From positions 14,558 to 78,557 of the forward strand of contig JBIOWE010000006.1 in assembly GCA_044868145.1 (NCBI GenBank): DNA of 64,000 nucleotides. Direction: 5' to 3'. Numbering within the stretch: the stretch's first letter is position 1; the number at the start of each line of letters is the position of its first letter. Made by a program: the position numbers and the translations under genes. This document shows, piece after piece, positions 48,996 through 58,712 of the stretch. The notes below the pieces were generated by a model, which was not told where the DNA came from, ran no database searches, and was given only the letters and a program-made list of their open reading frames with translations. The DNA comes from Patescibacteria group bacterium. Its GTDB lineage: Bacteria > Patescibacteriota > Patescibacteriia > UBA10025 > JBIOWE01.

Positions 48996-49489
48996 ACGAC
49001 ATCACCCCCAACCTCTGGTACGACTCGCAAGCCAAAGAAGCGGCCGAGTTTTACGTCAAAGTTTTTCAAGGCGCGCCTGGTGCTGATCCAATGAAGTCGA
49101 AAGTGAAGACCGTTACGCACTACCCGAAGTCAACAGAAAAAGTTTCCGGTAAACCGGCTGGCAGCGTCTTGACCGTCTCGTTTGAACTGAATGGTCAGGA
49201 ATTTTTGGCTCTCAACGCCGGCCCAGCGTTCAAGTTTAACGAGGCCGTTTCGTTCATCATCAACTGCGACGATCAGGAGCAGATTGACTATTACTGGTCG
49301 GAGCTCTCGGCCGTACCCGAATCAGAAATCTGCGGCTGGTGCAAAGATAAGTTCGGGGTGTCGTGGCAAGTGGCTCCCAAAGGGTTTGATGAAGCCGCAA
49401 AAGACCCGGTCAGGTTCGAAAAATACATGGCCGCCATTATAACGATGAAGAAGATTATCATCAAGGATCTTGAGGCGACGAAAGGCTAA
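48992..49489 (+). CDS. VOC family protein (PhnB / 3-demethylubiquinone-9 methyltransferase-like)
   Basis: ITP.LW, AAEFY, LNAGP.FKF.EAVS, CGWCKDKFGVSWQ. Confidence 0.9.
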   Translation: MNDITPNLWYDSQAKEAAEFYVKVFQGAPGADPMKSKVKTVTHYPKSTEKVSGKPAGSVLTVSFELNGQEFLALNAGPAFKFNEAVSFIINCDDQEQIDYYWSELSAVPESEICGWCKDKFGVSWQVAPKGFDEAAKDPVRFEKYMAAIITMKKIIIKDLEATKG

Positions 49490-49495
49490 TCCACC

Positions 49496-50395
49496 ATGCG
49501 CAACATTATCACCACCACCTTCCTCACCCTCGACGGCGTCTACCAAGCCCCCGGTGGTCCCGATGAAGACAAGTCGGGCGGCTTTCAGTACGGCGGCTGG
49601 CAATTTGGTAAGTTTCAAGACGAATTAACGGGAAAAATTTTAAGTGGCTGGTTCGCTGCGCCGTTTGAACTTCTCCTCGGCCGAATCACGTATGACATCT
49701 TTGCTGCTTTTTGGCCAACCGCGAAAACTGATCCTGAAGTCGCTGTGCCGTTTAACGCCACAAAGAAATATGTTGTTTCACATGACCTGGGCTTCAAAGC
49801 GGCTTGGAACAACTCCGTTGTTGTGTCCGGAGATGTGGTCACGGAAATCAAAAAGCTGAAAGCGATGGACGGCCCGGATCTGTGGGTGTGGGGGAGTGGC
49901 AACCTGATCCAGACGCTCTTGAAAGCCAACCTGATTGATCGGATGCACATCTGGACACACCCGGTCACGATTGGATCAGGCAAGCGATTGTTTGCCGACC
50001 TGCCTGCGCCGCGGCCGAATATTTTTTACGTATATGTAATACTTTGCGATGACGATTCAATGTATATCGGCCAAACCGAAGATATTCCAAAACGTTGGTT
50101 TGAACATAACGTGGGAAGGGCTGCTGAACACACAAAACGACACAAACCACTTGAAATCATTCACTATGAAGAGTTTATTTCTCGAGAAGCTGCGGTAAAG
50201 CGCGAGCAAGATTTAAAGACAGGGTTTGGCCGAAAATGGCTAAAACACGAGTGGCAAGCCGGCCGGACGCGGCAGGCTGGTGGCACACAACCCGCGTTAT
50301 GGAAACTCGTGGACTCAAAAGTTTCTACCACCGGGGTCATTATTACCACCTACGAATTCAACGGGCCGCTGAAACCGGGGGCGGTGCCGACCTAA
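49496..50395 (+). CDS. DHFR/RibD C-terminal family protein with an in-frame 94-aa GIY-YIG insertion
   Basis: TLDGV.QAPGG, LLLGR.TY, GSG.L...L, G.GKRLFAD|insert|GTQP..WKL..S. Confidence 0.9.
   Translation: MRNIITTTFLTLDGVYQAPGGPDEDKSGGFQYGGWQFGKFQDELTGKILSGWFAAPFELLLGRITYDIFAAFWPTAKTDPEVAVPFNATKKYVVSHDLGFKAAWNNSVVVSGDVVTEIKKLKAMDGPDLWVWGSGNLIQTLLKANLIDRMHIWTHPVTIGSGKRLFADLPAPRPNIFYVYVILCDDDSMYIGQTEDIPKRWFEHNVGRAAEHTKRHKPLEIIHYEEFISREAAVKREQDLKTGFGRKWLKHEWQAGRTRQAGGTQPALWKLVDSKVSTTGVIITTYEFNGPLKPGAVPT
49999..50280 (+). mobile_element. 282-bp GIY-YIG-encoding insertion element without its own start or stop codon
   Basis: Ends CCTGCCTGC/GCAGGCTGG; removal gives TTT GCC GA|T GGC ACA (FADGT). Confidence 0.88.
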
Positions 50396-50530
50396 ATGGT
50401 ATCGAGTGAAACGAAGCTGAAAGCTCCTCACCCCCAATAGCCGCCTTCATCATCTTCGATCCCCGCATCATCAGCGTCACGATAATCAAAAACCGCCTTT
50501 CAGCGGTTTTTGTACTCCTTAAGAGATAGC

Positions 50531-50929
50531 CTACTTCTTCTTTGCTTGCAGAATACTGACGCGGTTGCCTTCGGGATCAGTGAATACTGCCCACAGGCCA
50601 ATTTGCGGAATTTCTTCCGGCTGGCTGACCACGCTTCCGCCCGCATCCGTGACCGCTTTCATGGCTGCCTGGATATCGTCGACGGAAATAACCACTGATG
50701 GCATGGGCGAGACATGTTGTGCCTTTTTGTCATAGAAGCCGCCGTTGATGGTACCGGGCGTTTTGACCATACGATTTTCGTCGGTTTCGGCGGTATGGGC
50801 AGTGACATAGCCACCGTACTCCGGCCCGGTTTTGTCCATTTTCCAACCAAAGGCTTTTTTGTAAAAGGCCGCGACGCGATCTGCGTTTTCGTAGGGCATT
50901 TCGAAATGCACGACAGGGTTGTATTTCAT
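50531..50929 (-). CDS. VOC/glyoxalase family protein
   Basis: VVHFE, FY...FGW, INGG, V.DI, F.DPEGN. Confidence 0.92.
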   Translation of the reverse strand: MKYNPVVHFEMPYENADRVAAFYKKAFGWKMDKTGPEYGGYVTAHTAETDENRMVKTPGTINGGFYDKKAQHVSPMPSVVISVDDIQAAMKAVTDAGGSVVSQPEEIPQIGLWAVFTDPEGNRVSILQAKKK

Positions 50930-51042
50930 AACGTTGAGCCGGTCAATAATAAGGCTGACCTCATGAGTCTAACACGTTATGGGGATGGCGTGAATCTCGT
51001 TATAGCCGGTTTATGAGCTGCAAACATACTCTATCACAATAT

Positions 51043-51113
51043 TTGACGTCCTCGCCTTCCTCGGGTACATTGAAGACAACAAGCCCTCCCCAAAGAACTG
51101 GGGATTTTTTATT
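51043..51113 (+). promoter_or_regulatory. Promoter-AAGCC-hairpin-terminator cassette B
   Basis: TTGACG-N17-TACATT-N9-AAGCCCTCCCCAAAGAACTGGGGATTTTTT. Confidence 0.65.
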
Positions 51114-51118
51114 ATGAT

Positions 51119-51254
51119 AGCCATTACCGCCCCTCTAGAGCCGTATGCACTTGTACCATGTACGCAAATTATCCCCTCCTTACCAAGGAGGGGATGAGCA
51201 TACGACGTTGCTCGGTTTGATGAGTTGGCCGACGGGGAGGTGATGGGCAGTCCA
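51119..51254. repeat. CCCCTCCTT-N3-AAGGAGGGG element (copy 2), directly upstream of the DUF559 gene
   Basis: Closely similar to 56127-56263 over ~135 bp. Confidence 0.85.
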
Positions 51255-51261
51255 GCATCGT

Positions 51262-51615
51262 ATGACCATTCTATTTAATAAAAGACCGTTATGATCCAGA
51301 CGAAAACTGTTAAGACGGAATGCACCAAAAGCCGAGATTATCCTTTGGCAATGCTTGAAGAATCAACAGCTGGGTCATAAATTCCGCCGTCAGTACAGTA
51401 TCGGCGGATATGTTGTTGATTTTTATTGCCCACAGAAGAGATTTGTCATTGAAGTTGACGGGCCAACACATTTTTCTCGGGGCGTACGGGACTATGATGC
51501 AACTCGCCAGCTATTCTTTGAATCGCTTGGCATGAGGGTCTTACGCGTGACGAACGACGATGTGTATGAGAACGTTCGGGGTGTCGTGGAAGCTATTCTA
51601 CGTTTATTGAAGTAA
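51262..51615 (+). pseudogene. DUF559 (Vsr-like) endonuclease with an in-frame TGA at codon 11
   Basis: MTILFNKRPL*SRRKLLRRNAPKAEIILWQCLK...KFRRQ...VDFYC...IEVDG..H. Confidence 0.8.
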
Positions 51616-51710
51616 ATCGTTTTTACAATTTGGTATTGACGCGAAGATGATCGTATGCTACCGTAAGGTATTCAATAAACGTTCCTTTCAAACTACAAGG
51701 AGGGATTATC

Positions 51711-51923
51711 ATGAAACAATTCATTGTTATTGAAGCAACCGCACTCAATAATCATAAGAGGCGGGCGCTTACAGGATTCACCTATAATGAAACGGCATTG
51801 CGCGAGTTGGCAAATAACTGGTGGAACACGCCTCTCGACGCTTCGTTCAAAGATATTGCTACGGTAGCGCACAAATCAGGGTTTATGGTGTTCCAGTATG
51901 TACCGCCCAAGAAAAAAGTTTAG
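51711..51923 (+). CDS. Small hypothetical protein
   Basis: SD AAGGAGG, own promoter, terminator at 51928-51962. Confidence 0.65.
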   Translation: MKQFIVIEATALNNHKRRALTGFTYNETALRELANNWWNTPLDASFKDIATVAHKSGFMVFQYVPPKKKV

Positions 51924-51989
51924 TCACAAGACTCATTGAAAGTCTCAATGAGTCTTTTTTTTCCTTAAAAAAAAGAGTACAATGAACGT

Positions 51990-53225
51990 ATGATGAAAAA
52001 AATTGTGATCATTGTCAGTATCGTCGTCGTGGCAGGTGGCGCGGTGTATCTTGCGCTCACCAATAACGATTCTCCGATTGTCCAATCCCTCCAAAACGCC
52101 GTTCAGAATAATCAGAACGACAACCAGCAAGATCTCAACAAAGTTTTTAGCCAAGGCAAATGCCAGGGCCAGGACCGCGTGACCTTCACCAGCCCGATGG
52201 TTCGGCCGGAAGATACGGCCTACATTATCCCGCTCGGCCTGATGGTGAAGGGCCATGTGACGCCCATTGACCACCAGTATTATTATCCTAGGAACATGAA
52301 TGCCGGGACAGAGTATCCGGTGTACGCGCCAGCGGACGGCGTGATTGTGGCCGTCGGGCGACACAACCAGCAAGTCGAAAAGCACCTCCAGCAGTTTCAC
52401 TACGATCAGGTCGATGTGGCGATTGAACACTCCTGCCGTAGCTATTCGTTTCTCGGCCTGATGAGCACGCTCGAACCGAGCATCGTGCAGGCGGCCGGCG
52501 GGCTGGAAGAAAATTCAGGAAAAAATGTACGCATCCCGGTCAAGGCCGGTCAAGTCGTCGGCACGGTCGGCGGACACTCACTCGATGTAACGGTCTACGA
52601 TCAGGAGCACACCTTATCCGGCTTCCTCCGGCCGGAGTCCTATCAGACACAAGCCGGCAAGCTCCATATCGTCAATATGTTCGACTACTACGCTGAACCG
52701 GTCAAAAGCCAACTCCTGGCTTTGAACCCCCGCACCATCGAGCCGCGCGGCGGGAAAATCGACTACGACGTTGATGGCAAACTTATCGGCACCTGGTTTA
52801 TCCAAGGCACGAATGGCTACGATGGGGCACAGCGAGATGCATATTGGAGGGGGCATTTGAGTTTTGCGCCGAACGTCCTGGACCCGACGTTCATGATGAT
52901 TTCGATTGGCACATTCAATGGCGAAACGGACGGGTATCAGTTTGGAATCAAGGGCAACGGCCCTGATCCGGCGACAGTCAACATGAGCAGCGGCCTGGTA
53001 AAGTATGAACTGGTTAATCTACAGATTGTCGATGCGAATGGTCAAGGGTTTGGTGGCCCGACAAGCTCCGCCACGGCTATCCACGGGCAACTGCGGAGCG
53101 AGGTCGAAGGCGTGATGCTCGTACAACTGCTCGGAGACCGGCTGCTGAAAGTCGAAACGTTTCCAAGGAAAACCGCGGCCGAGGTTTTTGATTTTACGGC
53201 CAATGCGCAATTATACGAACGCTAA
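51990..53225 (+). CDS. Membrane-anchored protein with divergent M23/LytM-like domain (paralog 1)
   Basis: N-terminal TM; HV.P.DH, VYAPADG, VKAGQVVG, GKIDYD.DGKLIG.WF. Confidence 0.7.
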   Translation: MMKKIVIIVSIVVVAGGAVYLALTNNDSPIVQSLQNAVQNNQNDNQQDLNKVFSQGKCQGQDRVTFTSPMVRPEDTAYIIPLGLMVKGHVTPIDHQYYYPRNMNAGTEYPVYAPADGVIVAVGRHNQQVEKHLQQFHYDQVDVAIEHSCRSYSFLGLMSTLEPSIVQAAGGLEENSGKNVRIPVKAGQVVGTVGGHSLDVTVYDQEHTLSGFLRPESYQTQAGKLHIVNMFDYYAEPVKSQLLALNPRTIEPRGGKIDYDVDGKLIGTWFIQGTNGYDGAQRDAYWRGHLSFAPNVLDPTFMMISIGTFNGETDGYQFGIKGNGPDPATVNMSSGLVKYELVNLQIVDANGQGFGGPTSSATAIHGQLRSEVEGVMLVQLLGDRLLKVETFPRKTAAEVFDFTANAQLYER

Positions 53226-53227
53226 GC

Positions 53228-54052
53228 ATGGAATTTTTCAAAAAACATTGGTGGAAATTCGCAGCTGGGCTGTTGATCATCCTCGTCGTCGGGATTTTTG
53301 GTTTGGGACAAGTCAAAAGATACCCAAGCAGTGAAAATATACAAACTCGCTCTACATCAACGGCGCCTAGTCCAAACGCTCCCTACATTACGGCTAATCC
53401 AATTGACCTAAGCCAGATAGAAAAAATTTCAAAATTTCGCAGTTGCGCTGGTCATGATAACTCGGGTCATAATTTCTTTGGAGAAGTCGAGACTGACCGC
53501 TCAATGAAACATTACGTTAAGCCGCTCGCGGCTTTCGATGACGACAAAGCTAGAATCCACTCCCCGTTTGACGGCACCGTGTATTCTGCCGACGGACCGC
53601 ATCCAGAGCTCGGACCCGGCCAGGCCAGAGGCGGATCGCTTGAGCTTATGAGTTCCATGGAGCCACACGCCGTTGTTCTGTTGGGCCATATTACTGCCCT
53701 TGCCGGCTTGAAGAAAGGAGACACCGTGCAATCGGGCCAGCTGCTTGGCTACGCGACTACGAGCGGCGGCAGCGACTTTGATTTGGTACTTCGCGCTATC
53801 AACCAGCCTGGCGCTCAGTCTACTTTCGGCGACACCTTTGATTCGGTGTTCAACCATATGACGCCCCAAGTCTTAGCCGAATATGCCAAGTTTGGCTTGA
53901 CCAAAGACGCCATGTTTTTCAGCAAAGAATTTCGCGATCAACATCCATGTCTGTTTGGAACTGTGGCCGCCGAACCGAACGAGCGCAGCGGCCCACAACC
54001 TGACATCCAAACTTCTCCAGACAATTGGGTCTTTCTTAAGACTCGCACGTAA
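53228..54052 (+). CDS. Membrane-anchored M23-like protein
   Basis: N-terminal TM; SPFDG.V, H......GD.V..GQ.LG. Confidence 0.65.
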   Translation: MEFFKKHWWKFAAGLLIILVVGIFGLGQVKRYPSSENIQTRSTSTAPSPNAPYITANPIDLSQIEKISKFRSCAGHDNSGHNFFGEVETDRSMKHYVKPLAAFDDDKARIHSPFDGTVYSADGPHPELGPGQARGGSLELMSSMEPHAVVLLGHITALAGLKKGDTVQSGQLLGYATTSGGSDFDLVLRAINQPGAQSTFGDTFDSVFNHMTPQVLAEYAKFGLTKDAMFFSKEFRDQHPCLFGTVAAEPNERSGPQPDIQTSPDNWVFLKTRT

Positions 54053-54068
54053 TGTACAATAATGATGT

Positions 54069-55346
54069 ATGGAATTCCTGCAACTTTTCAAAAAACATTG
54101 GCGGAAAATAGTTAGACTAGTTTTAATCTTGGTCATCATTCTTGTGGGAGCAACTGTTATTTTCTCTCAGCTCAAAAAAACAGGTGAACTGCCACCCGCC
54201 CTTGAGAAATTTGTCACCGGCCGCAACCTAACGGTCGCAGAGCAAGAGGGCAAAAAATATACCAACGGTCGCTGCAGTGGAAATGACGTCAAGCAATTAA
54301 CTCATTCTCCTTTGGCTCCCGAAGATATCACCAATATTCTGCCTTACGGTGGGGTGGTAGGCGCTCACGTTATGCCAATCTCCCACGGCTATATTTGGCC
54401 GGGCAAAATGAACGATCCCCGTGATAAGTACAACGTTTATGCCATGGCCGACAGCACACTTTTTAGTATTTCCAGCCGCTCAGTGAACGTCGATACGGGT
54501 GAAGCGAAGCAGGCAGAATACCAACTACAATTTAGCATCAGCTGCGTGGAGTTTTACTATTACGATCTAATCACTAGCCTCACGCCCGAACTGCAAAAGT
54601 ACCTCGACGAACAACCTAGTCAGAGTCAATTCGGCAATAGTGTTTCCGTCAGCATTCCGATCAAAGGTGGCCAGCTGCTCGGTAAAATCGGCGGCCAGAC
54701 ACTAGATTACGCGGTTTGGGATTTCAACAAAACTTTAACGGGATACATTGTCCCTGAACACTACGAGGAAGACTTTCCCCGCATCCACTTGGTCAGTCCA
54801 TTCGATTATATGAACGATGAGATCAGGCAAACCCTGCTGCCGAAGCTTGCACGCGGCGCTGAACCGATTGAGGGCAAGGTTGACTACGACATTGATGGCA
54901 AACTGATCGGCGGATGGTTCATGGAAGGTTCCGGCAGCTATGGTGGTCTTCATCAAGGCAATGGTCGCTATTGGGCAGGTCATTTGGCCATTATTCCTGA
55001 TTATCATGATCCGACGTTTATGGGTATCTCGATTGGTACCTATATCCCGGAGCAAGAGGCCCAGTTTGCTATCTCGCGCGATGCGCCCGATCCAAGAAAC
55101 ATTGGCGTAGAGTCTGGTTTGGTGAAATATGATTTATATCAGGGCGACCACACCTTAAGTGACGGCGGTATGTGGGATCGTTTTACGCCAGTTAAAGACC
55201 TCAGAGGCAAGACCAACGGGCCGAGCCAGGGCTGTGCGGTGTTTCAGCTGACTGAAGCGCGTAAGCTCAGGGCAGAGTTCTTCCCAAAAAAAGCTTGCGC
55301 ACAAGTAGTCGGATTTACAGTGGCAGCAACGTTCTATGAACGATAA
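54069..55346 (+). CDS. Membrane-anchored M23-like protein (paralog 2)
   Basis: Clear similarity to ORFs 51990 and 59992 (YNVYAMADS, GKIGGQTLD). Confidence 0.7.
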   Translation: MEFLQLFKKHWRKIVRLVLILVIILVGATVIFSQLKKTGELPPALEKFVTGRNLTVAEQEGKKYTNGRCSGNDVKQLTHSPLAPEDITNILPYGGVVGAHVMPISHGYIWPGKMNDPRDKYNVYAMADSTLFSISSRSVNVDTGEAKQAEYQLQFSISCVEFYYYDLITSLTPELQKYLDEQPSQSQFGNSVSVSIPIKGGQLLGKIGGQTLDYAVWDFNKTLTGYIVPEHYEEDFPRIHLVSPFDYMNDEIRQTLLPKLARGAEPIEGKVDYDIDGKLIGGWFMEGSGSYGGLHQGNGRYWAGHLAIIPDYHDPTFMGISIGTYIPEQEAQFAISRDAPDPRNIGVESGLVKYDLYQGDHTLSDGGMWDRFTPVKDLRGKTNGPSQGCAVFQLTEARKLRAEFFPKKACAQVVGFTVAATFYER

Positions 55347-55389
55347 TATAAAACAAACAGTTTCTCCAAGGGTAACACCGCGCGTGCCC

Positions 55390-56046
55390 ATGTCCAAGCA
55401 CCGCCTTGAAGCGTTTAGCGACGGTGTGTTTGCGATTGCTATCACCATTCTCGTTCTCAACCTGAAGCTGCCGGAGATCGTCAAAACCGCAAATCTCAAT
55501 CACGACTTGTGGCGCGCGATCGTTGACCAGTGGCCGCGGCTCCTCTCATACGCCATCAGCTTTGGGATCGTCGGGCTCTACTGGGTTGGGCATCACTTGA
55601 TGTTCCACTATATCCGGCACACTGACCGGATGTTTCTGTTTATCAATAATCTCTATTTGATGGTCATCGCATTCATGCCGTTTCCAGCGGCGCTTCTCGG
55701 GCAATACGGAACGACCCAAGCGGCGATCATCGTGTACGCGGCAACGTTGATCGTGGCCGGACAGTTGTTTAATGGCCTGTGGCGTTACGCCACGCGCCAC
55801 CACCGCCTGGTTGATCCGAATCTGTCTGACCGCGTTATTCGTTTAGTCAAGAAGATCATTTCCGTTGCGCCGGTCATTTACCTTGCAGCCATCGGCCTGT
55901 CGTTCATTAATCCGCGACTTAGCCTGATTATGTTTGTCATTACCCCGCTGCTCTACATCGTACCCGGACCAATTGACCGGCTGATGAGCGCGGAAGAAGA
56001 AAACTTACGCTCGAGCGGCAATAACTCGTCACCGCCCAGGGTATAG
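55390..56046 (+). CDS. TMEM175 (DUF1211) potassium channel
   Basis: RLEAFSDGVFAIAITIL signature. Confidence 0.92.
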   Translation: MSKHRLEAFSDGVFAIAITILVLNLKLPEIVKTANLNHDLWRAIVDQWPRLLSYAISFGIVGLYWVGHHLMFHYIRHTDRMFLFINNLYLMVIAFMPFPAALLGQYGTTQAAIIVYAATLIVAGQLFNGLWRYATRHHRLVDPNLSDRVIRLVKKIISVAPVIYLAAIGLSFINPRLSLIMFVITPLLYIVPGPIDRLMSAEEENLRSSGNNSSPPRV

Positions 56047-56051
56047 AACTT

Positions 56052-56125
56052 TTGACTTTTTTGCTTTGCTCGCGTACATTGTAAGTAATAAGCCTTTCCC
56101 AATTTCACGGAAGGTTTTTGTTTTT
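56052..56125 (+). promoter_or_regulatory. Promoter-AAGCC-hairpin-terminator cassette C
   Basis: TTGACT-N17-TACATT-N8-TAAGCCTTTCCCAATTTCACGGAAGGTTTTT. Confidence 0.65.
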
Positions 56126-56126
56126 C

Positions 56127-56263
56127 ATAGCTCTTACCGCCCCTCTGGGAATGTATGCGCTTGTACAAAGTCTGCAGAACTCCCCTCCTTATTAAGGAGG
56201 GGATGAGCGAACGACGCAGTTCAGTGTTGTGAGTTGGCCGGCGGGGAGGTGATGGGCAGTCCA
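56127..56263. repeat. CCCCTCCTT-N3-AAGGAGGGG element (copy 3), no nuclease gene
   Basis: See copy 2. Confidence 0.85.
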
Positions 56264-56354
56264 TTATCACATTCCGCAATCCAAACACTGACGAATTATT
56301 GACAGGAGCCTGTGAACACTGTATATTGACGACTCCAAGAGGGATTTTTTTATT

Positions 56355-58130
56355 ATGGAAATACGAAACATCGCCATAATCGCCCACGTCGACCACGGCA
56401 AGACAACCTTGACCGACGGTCTTTTGCGACAGACCGGCATGGTTTCGGATGAGAGCCGGAGCATGGACTCCAACGAATTGGAACAAGAGCGCGGCATTAC
56501 GATTTACGCGAAGAACGCCTCGATGGTGTACAAGGGCACGAAGATCAACATCGTCGACACGCCCGGCCACGCGGACTTCGGCTCCGAAGTCGAACGCGTT
56601 CTCCGGTCCATCGACTCGGTACTCCTTATCGTTGACGCCCAAGAAGGGCCCATGCCGCAAACGAAGTACGTTTTGAAAAAGTCACTCGATTTGGGTTTGC
56701 AGCCCATTGTTGTCATCAACAAGATCGACAAACCCGCGGCGCGCATCCCGGAAGTGGAAGAGATGGTCCTCGAATTGTTCATGGATCTTGGGGCGAACGA
56801 CGATCAGTTGGCCTTTCCGACTGTGTACGCGATCGGCACGCGCGGCGTGGCGATGCGCAAGCCAGACGATCCGCAAAAGGACCTGACGCCGCTCTTGGAC
56901 ACGATTCTTGAACGCGTCCCGATCGCCCCGCACGCGACGGACGTGCCGCTCCGCATGCAGCCATTCAATCTTGGATACGACGACTTCATTGGCCGGCTGG
57001 CAATCGGACGCATGTACGAGGGTCGGATGCGCGTCGGGCAGGCAGTGTTCGTCAAAGACACGAAAGGTCACTCCCGGCCTGGGAAAATTCGGAGCATCTC
57101 CACGTTCCACGGGTTCGAGCGTCAGACCGTAGACACCGCGGAGGCAGGCGACATTGTGATGGTCGCTGGCATTCCGGATATCGACATCGGCGAAACGATC
57201 TGCGACAGCGAAGACCAAAAGCCTCTCGCGGCGATTCACGTGGATGAGCCCACGGTCGCGCTTAATCTTTTGGTGAACGACTCGGTTTTTGCCGGACAGG
57301 ATGGGACGCTTCTGACGAACAGCCAGATCAAAGAACGGCTGGAGAAAGAGTTAGAGGTGAACGTCGGTCTGCGCATAGATTTTTCGGCGAAGGACGCGTA
57401 CCGCATTTACTGCCGCGGAGAAATGCACATCGCGATTCTCTTGGAGCAGATGCGCCGCGAGGGGTACGAAATGCAAGTGTCGCAGCCGCAGGCGATTGAG
57501 AAGGAAGCGGACGGGAAGCGTCTTGAGCCGTTCGAGGAAGTGACGATCGACGTTCCGAACGAGTTGAGCGGGGTCGTCATCCAAAAACTTGCCCGCCGGA
57601 AAGGCACAATGACGAGTATGCACGTCGGTGAGACGACCCGCATGGTGTTTACCGTTCCGACGCGCGGCCTGCTCGGCTATCGCGGCGAGTTCGTCGTGGA
57701 CACGAAAGGCGAGGGGATTATGGCGTCGCACGGACTTGGCTTTCGGGACTACGCGGGGACGATCGCATCACGCGAGACGGGTTCGATGATTTCCATGGCG
57801 TCGGGCAAGGCGCTTGCGTACGCGCTCTATAACCTGCAGGAGCGCGGCATGCTTTACATCGGCCCGAACGTTCCGGTCTATGAAGGCATGGTCATCGGGA
57901 ACACTTCAAAAGGAGATGACATGGCCGTCAATCCGACAAAGGGCAAGCAGCAAAGCAATATGCGTTCCTCCGGATCCGATGAAGCGATTCAAACCACCAC
58001 CCCGCTCCTCTTGACGATTGAGCGCGGCTTGGAAATCATGAAGGAGGACGAGTACCTCGAAATCACGCCGAAGAACATCCGCCTCCGCAAACAACTTTTG
58101 ACCGTAACAGAACGAAAGCGGGTGCGGTAG
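56355..58130 (+). CDS. typA: Translational GTPase TypA/BipA
   Basis: [41 protein letters not shown]. Confidence 0.96.
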   Translation: MEIRNIAIIAHVDHGKTTLTDGLLRQTGMVSDESRSMDSNELEQERGITIYAKNASMVYKGTKINIVDTPGHADFGSEVERVLRSIDSVLLIVDAQEGPMPQTKYVLKKSLDLGLQPIVVINKIDKPAARIPEVEEMVLELFMDLGANDDQLAFPTVYAIGTRGVAMRKPDDPQKDLTPLLDTILERVPIAPHATDVPLRMQPFNLGYDDFIGRLAIGRMYEGRMRVGQAVFVKDTKGHSRPGKIRSISTFHGFERQTVDTAEAGDIVMVAGIPDIDIGETICDSEDQKPLAAIHVDEPTVALNLLVNDSVFAGQDGTLLTNSQIKERLEKELEVNVGLRIDFSAKDAYRIYCRGEMHIAILLEQMRREGYEMQVSQPQAIEKEADGKRLEPFEEVTIDVPNELSGVVIQKLARRKGTMTSMHVGETTRMVFTVPTRGLLGYRGEFVVDTKGEGIMASHGLGFRDYAGTIASRETGSMISMASGKALAYALYNLQERGMLYIGPNVPVYEGMVIGNTSKGDDMAVNPTKGKQQSNMRSSGSDEAIQTTTPLLLTIERGLEIMKEDEYLEITPKNIRLRKQLLTVTERKRVR

Positions 58131-58183
58131 TTTCCCGTCTGAACGAACGGCATTTTTTTTATAAAAGAGTATACATTGCCTGG

Positions 58184-58253
58184 TTGACCTTTTCACTTTG
58201 CTCACGTACACTGGAGATAGTAAGCCTTCCCTAATTTTACGGAAGGTTTTTTT
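58184..58253 (+). promoter_or_regulatory. Promoter-AAGCC-hairpin-terminator cassette D abutting the GIY-YIG ATG
   Basis: TTGACC-N17-TACACT-N8-TAAGCCTTCCCTAATTTTACGGAAGGTTTTTTT-ATG. Confidence 0.7.
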
Positions 58254-58568
58254 ATGCGACGTTATTACGTCTATATCATGACAAATAAAGTTAACACGGT
58301 GCTCTATATCGGGGTTACTTCAAATTTACAGTGGCGTGTATTTGAACACAGGCATAAGCTCACTAAGGGATTTACAGCTCGGTATAATGTGAATAAGCTG
58401 GTGTATTATGAGGGGTATGAATATGTGTGGGATGCAATTAGTAGAGAAAAGCAACTCAAAAACTGGCGACGTCAATGGAAGATTGATTTGATCAATACGT
58501 CTAATCCGCGTCTCAATGACCTGGCCCGTGAATGGTATGAGGGAGATCCTGAATCAAGTTTAGGATGA
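58254..58568 (+). CDS. GIY-YIG nuclease family protein
   Basis: YYVYIMTN....LYIGVT..L..R..EH, FT.RY....LVYYE, AI.REKQLK.W.R.WK..LI...NP. Confidence 0.93.
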   Translation: MRRYYVYIMTNKVNTVLYIGVTSNLQWRVFEHRHKLTKGFTARYNVNKLVYYEGYEYVWDAISREKQLKNWRRQWKIDLINTSNPRLNDLAREWYEGDPESSLG

Positions 58569-58656
58569 CAATCGTTAATATTCAGGGTGACGATAATGAG
58601 GTTCAGGATGACAATACGACACAACATTTGTCATTCCGGGCTTGACCCGGAATCTC
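58543..58656. repeat. Cluster of GTCAT-type REP units overlapping the GIY-YIG stop
   Basis: GAGATCCTGAATCAAGTTTAGGATGACA, TTCAGGGTGAC, TTCAGGATGACA, TGTCATTCCGGGCTTGACCCGGAATCTC. Confidence 0.85.
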
Positions 58657-58712
58657 AATAACTTGGAATGCAAATGGTATGAGATGAACACATTCCATGC
58701 TACACTAATGAT

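Noticed and set aside
49999-50280. Intein or group I intron explanation for the GIY-YIG insert
   Set aside because: No Cys/Ser start, His-Asn end or HINT blocks. The nuclease fills nearly all 282 bp, leaving no room for a ribozyme core.
51292-51294. In-frame TGA as a sign of genetic code 25 or 4
   Set aside because: TGA ends argS, glyQS, tatD and others at their expected C-termini, so a nonsense mutation is the simpler explanation.
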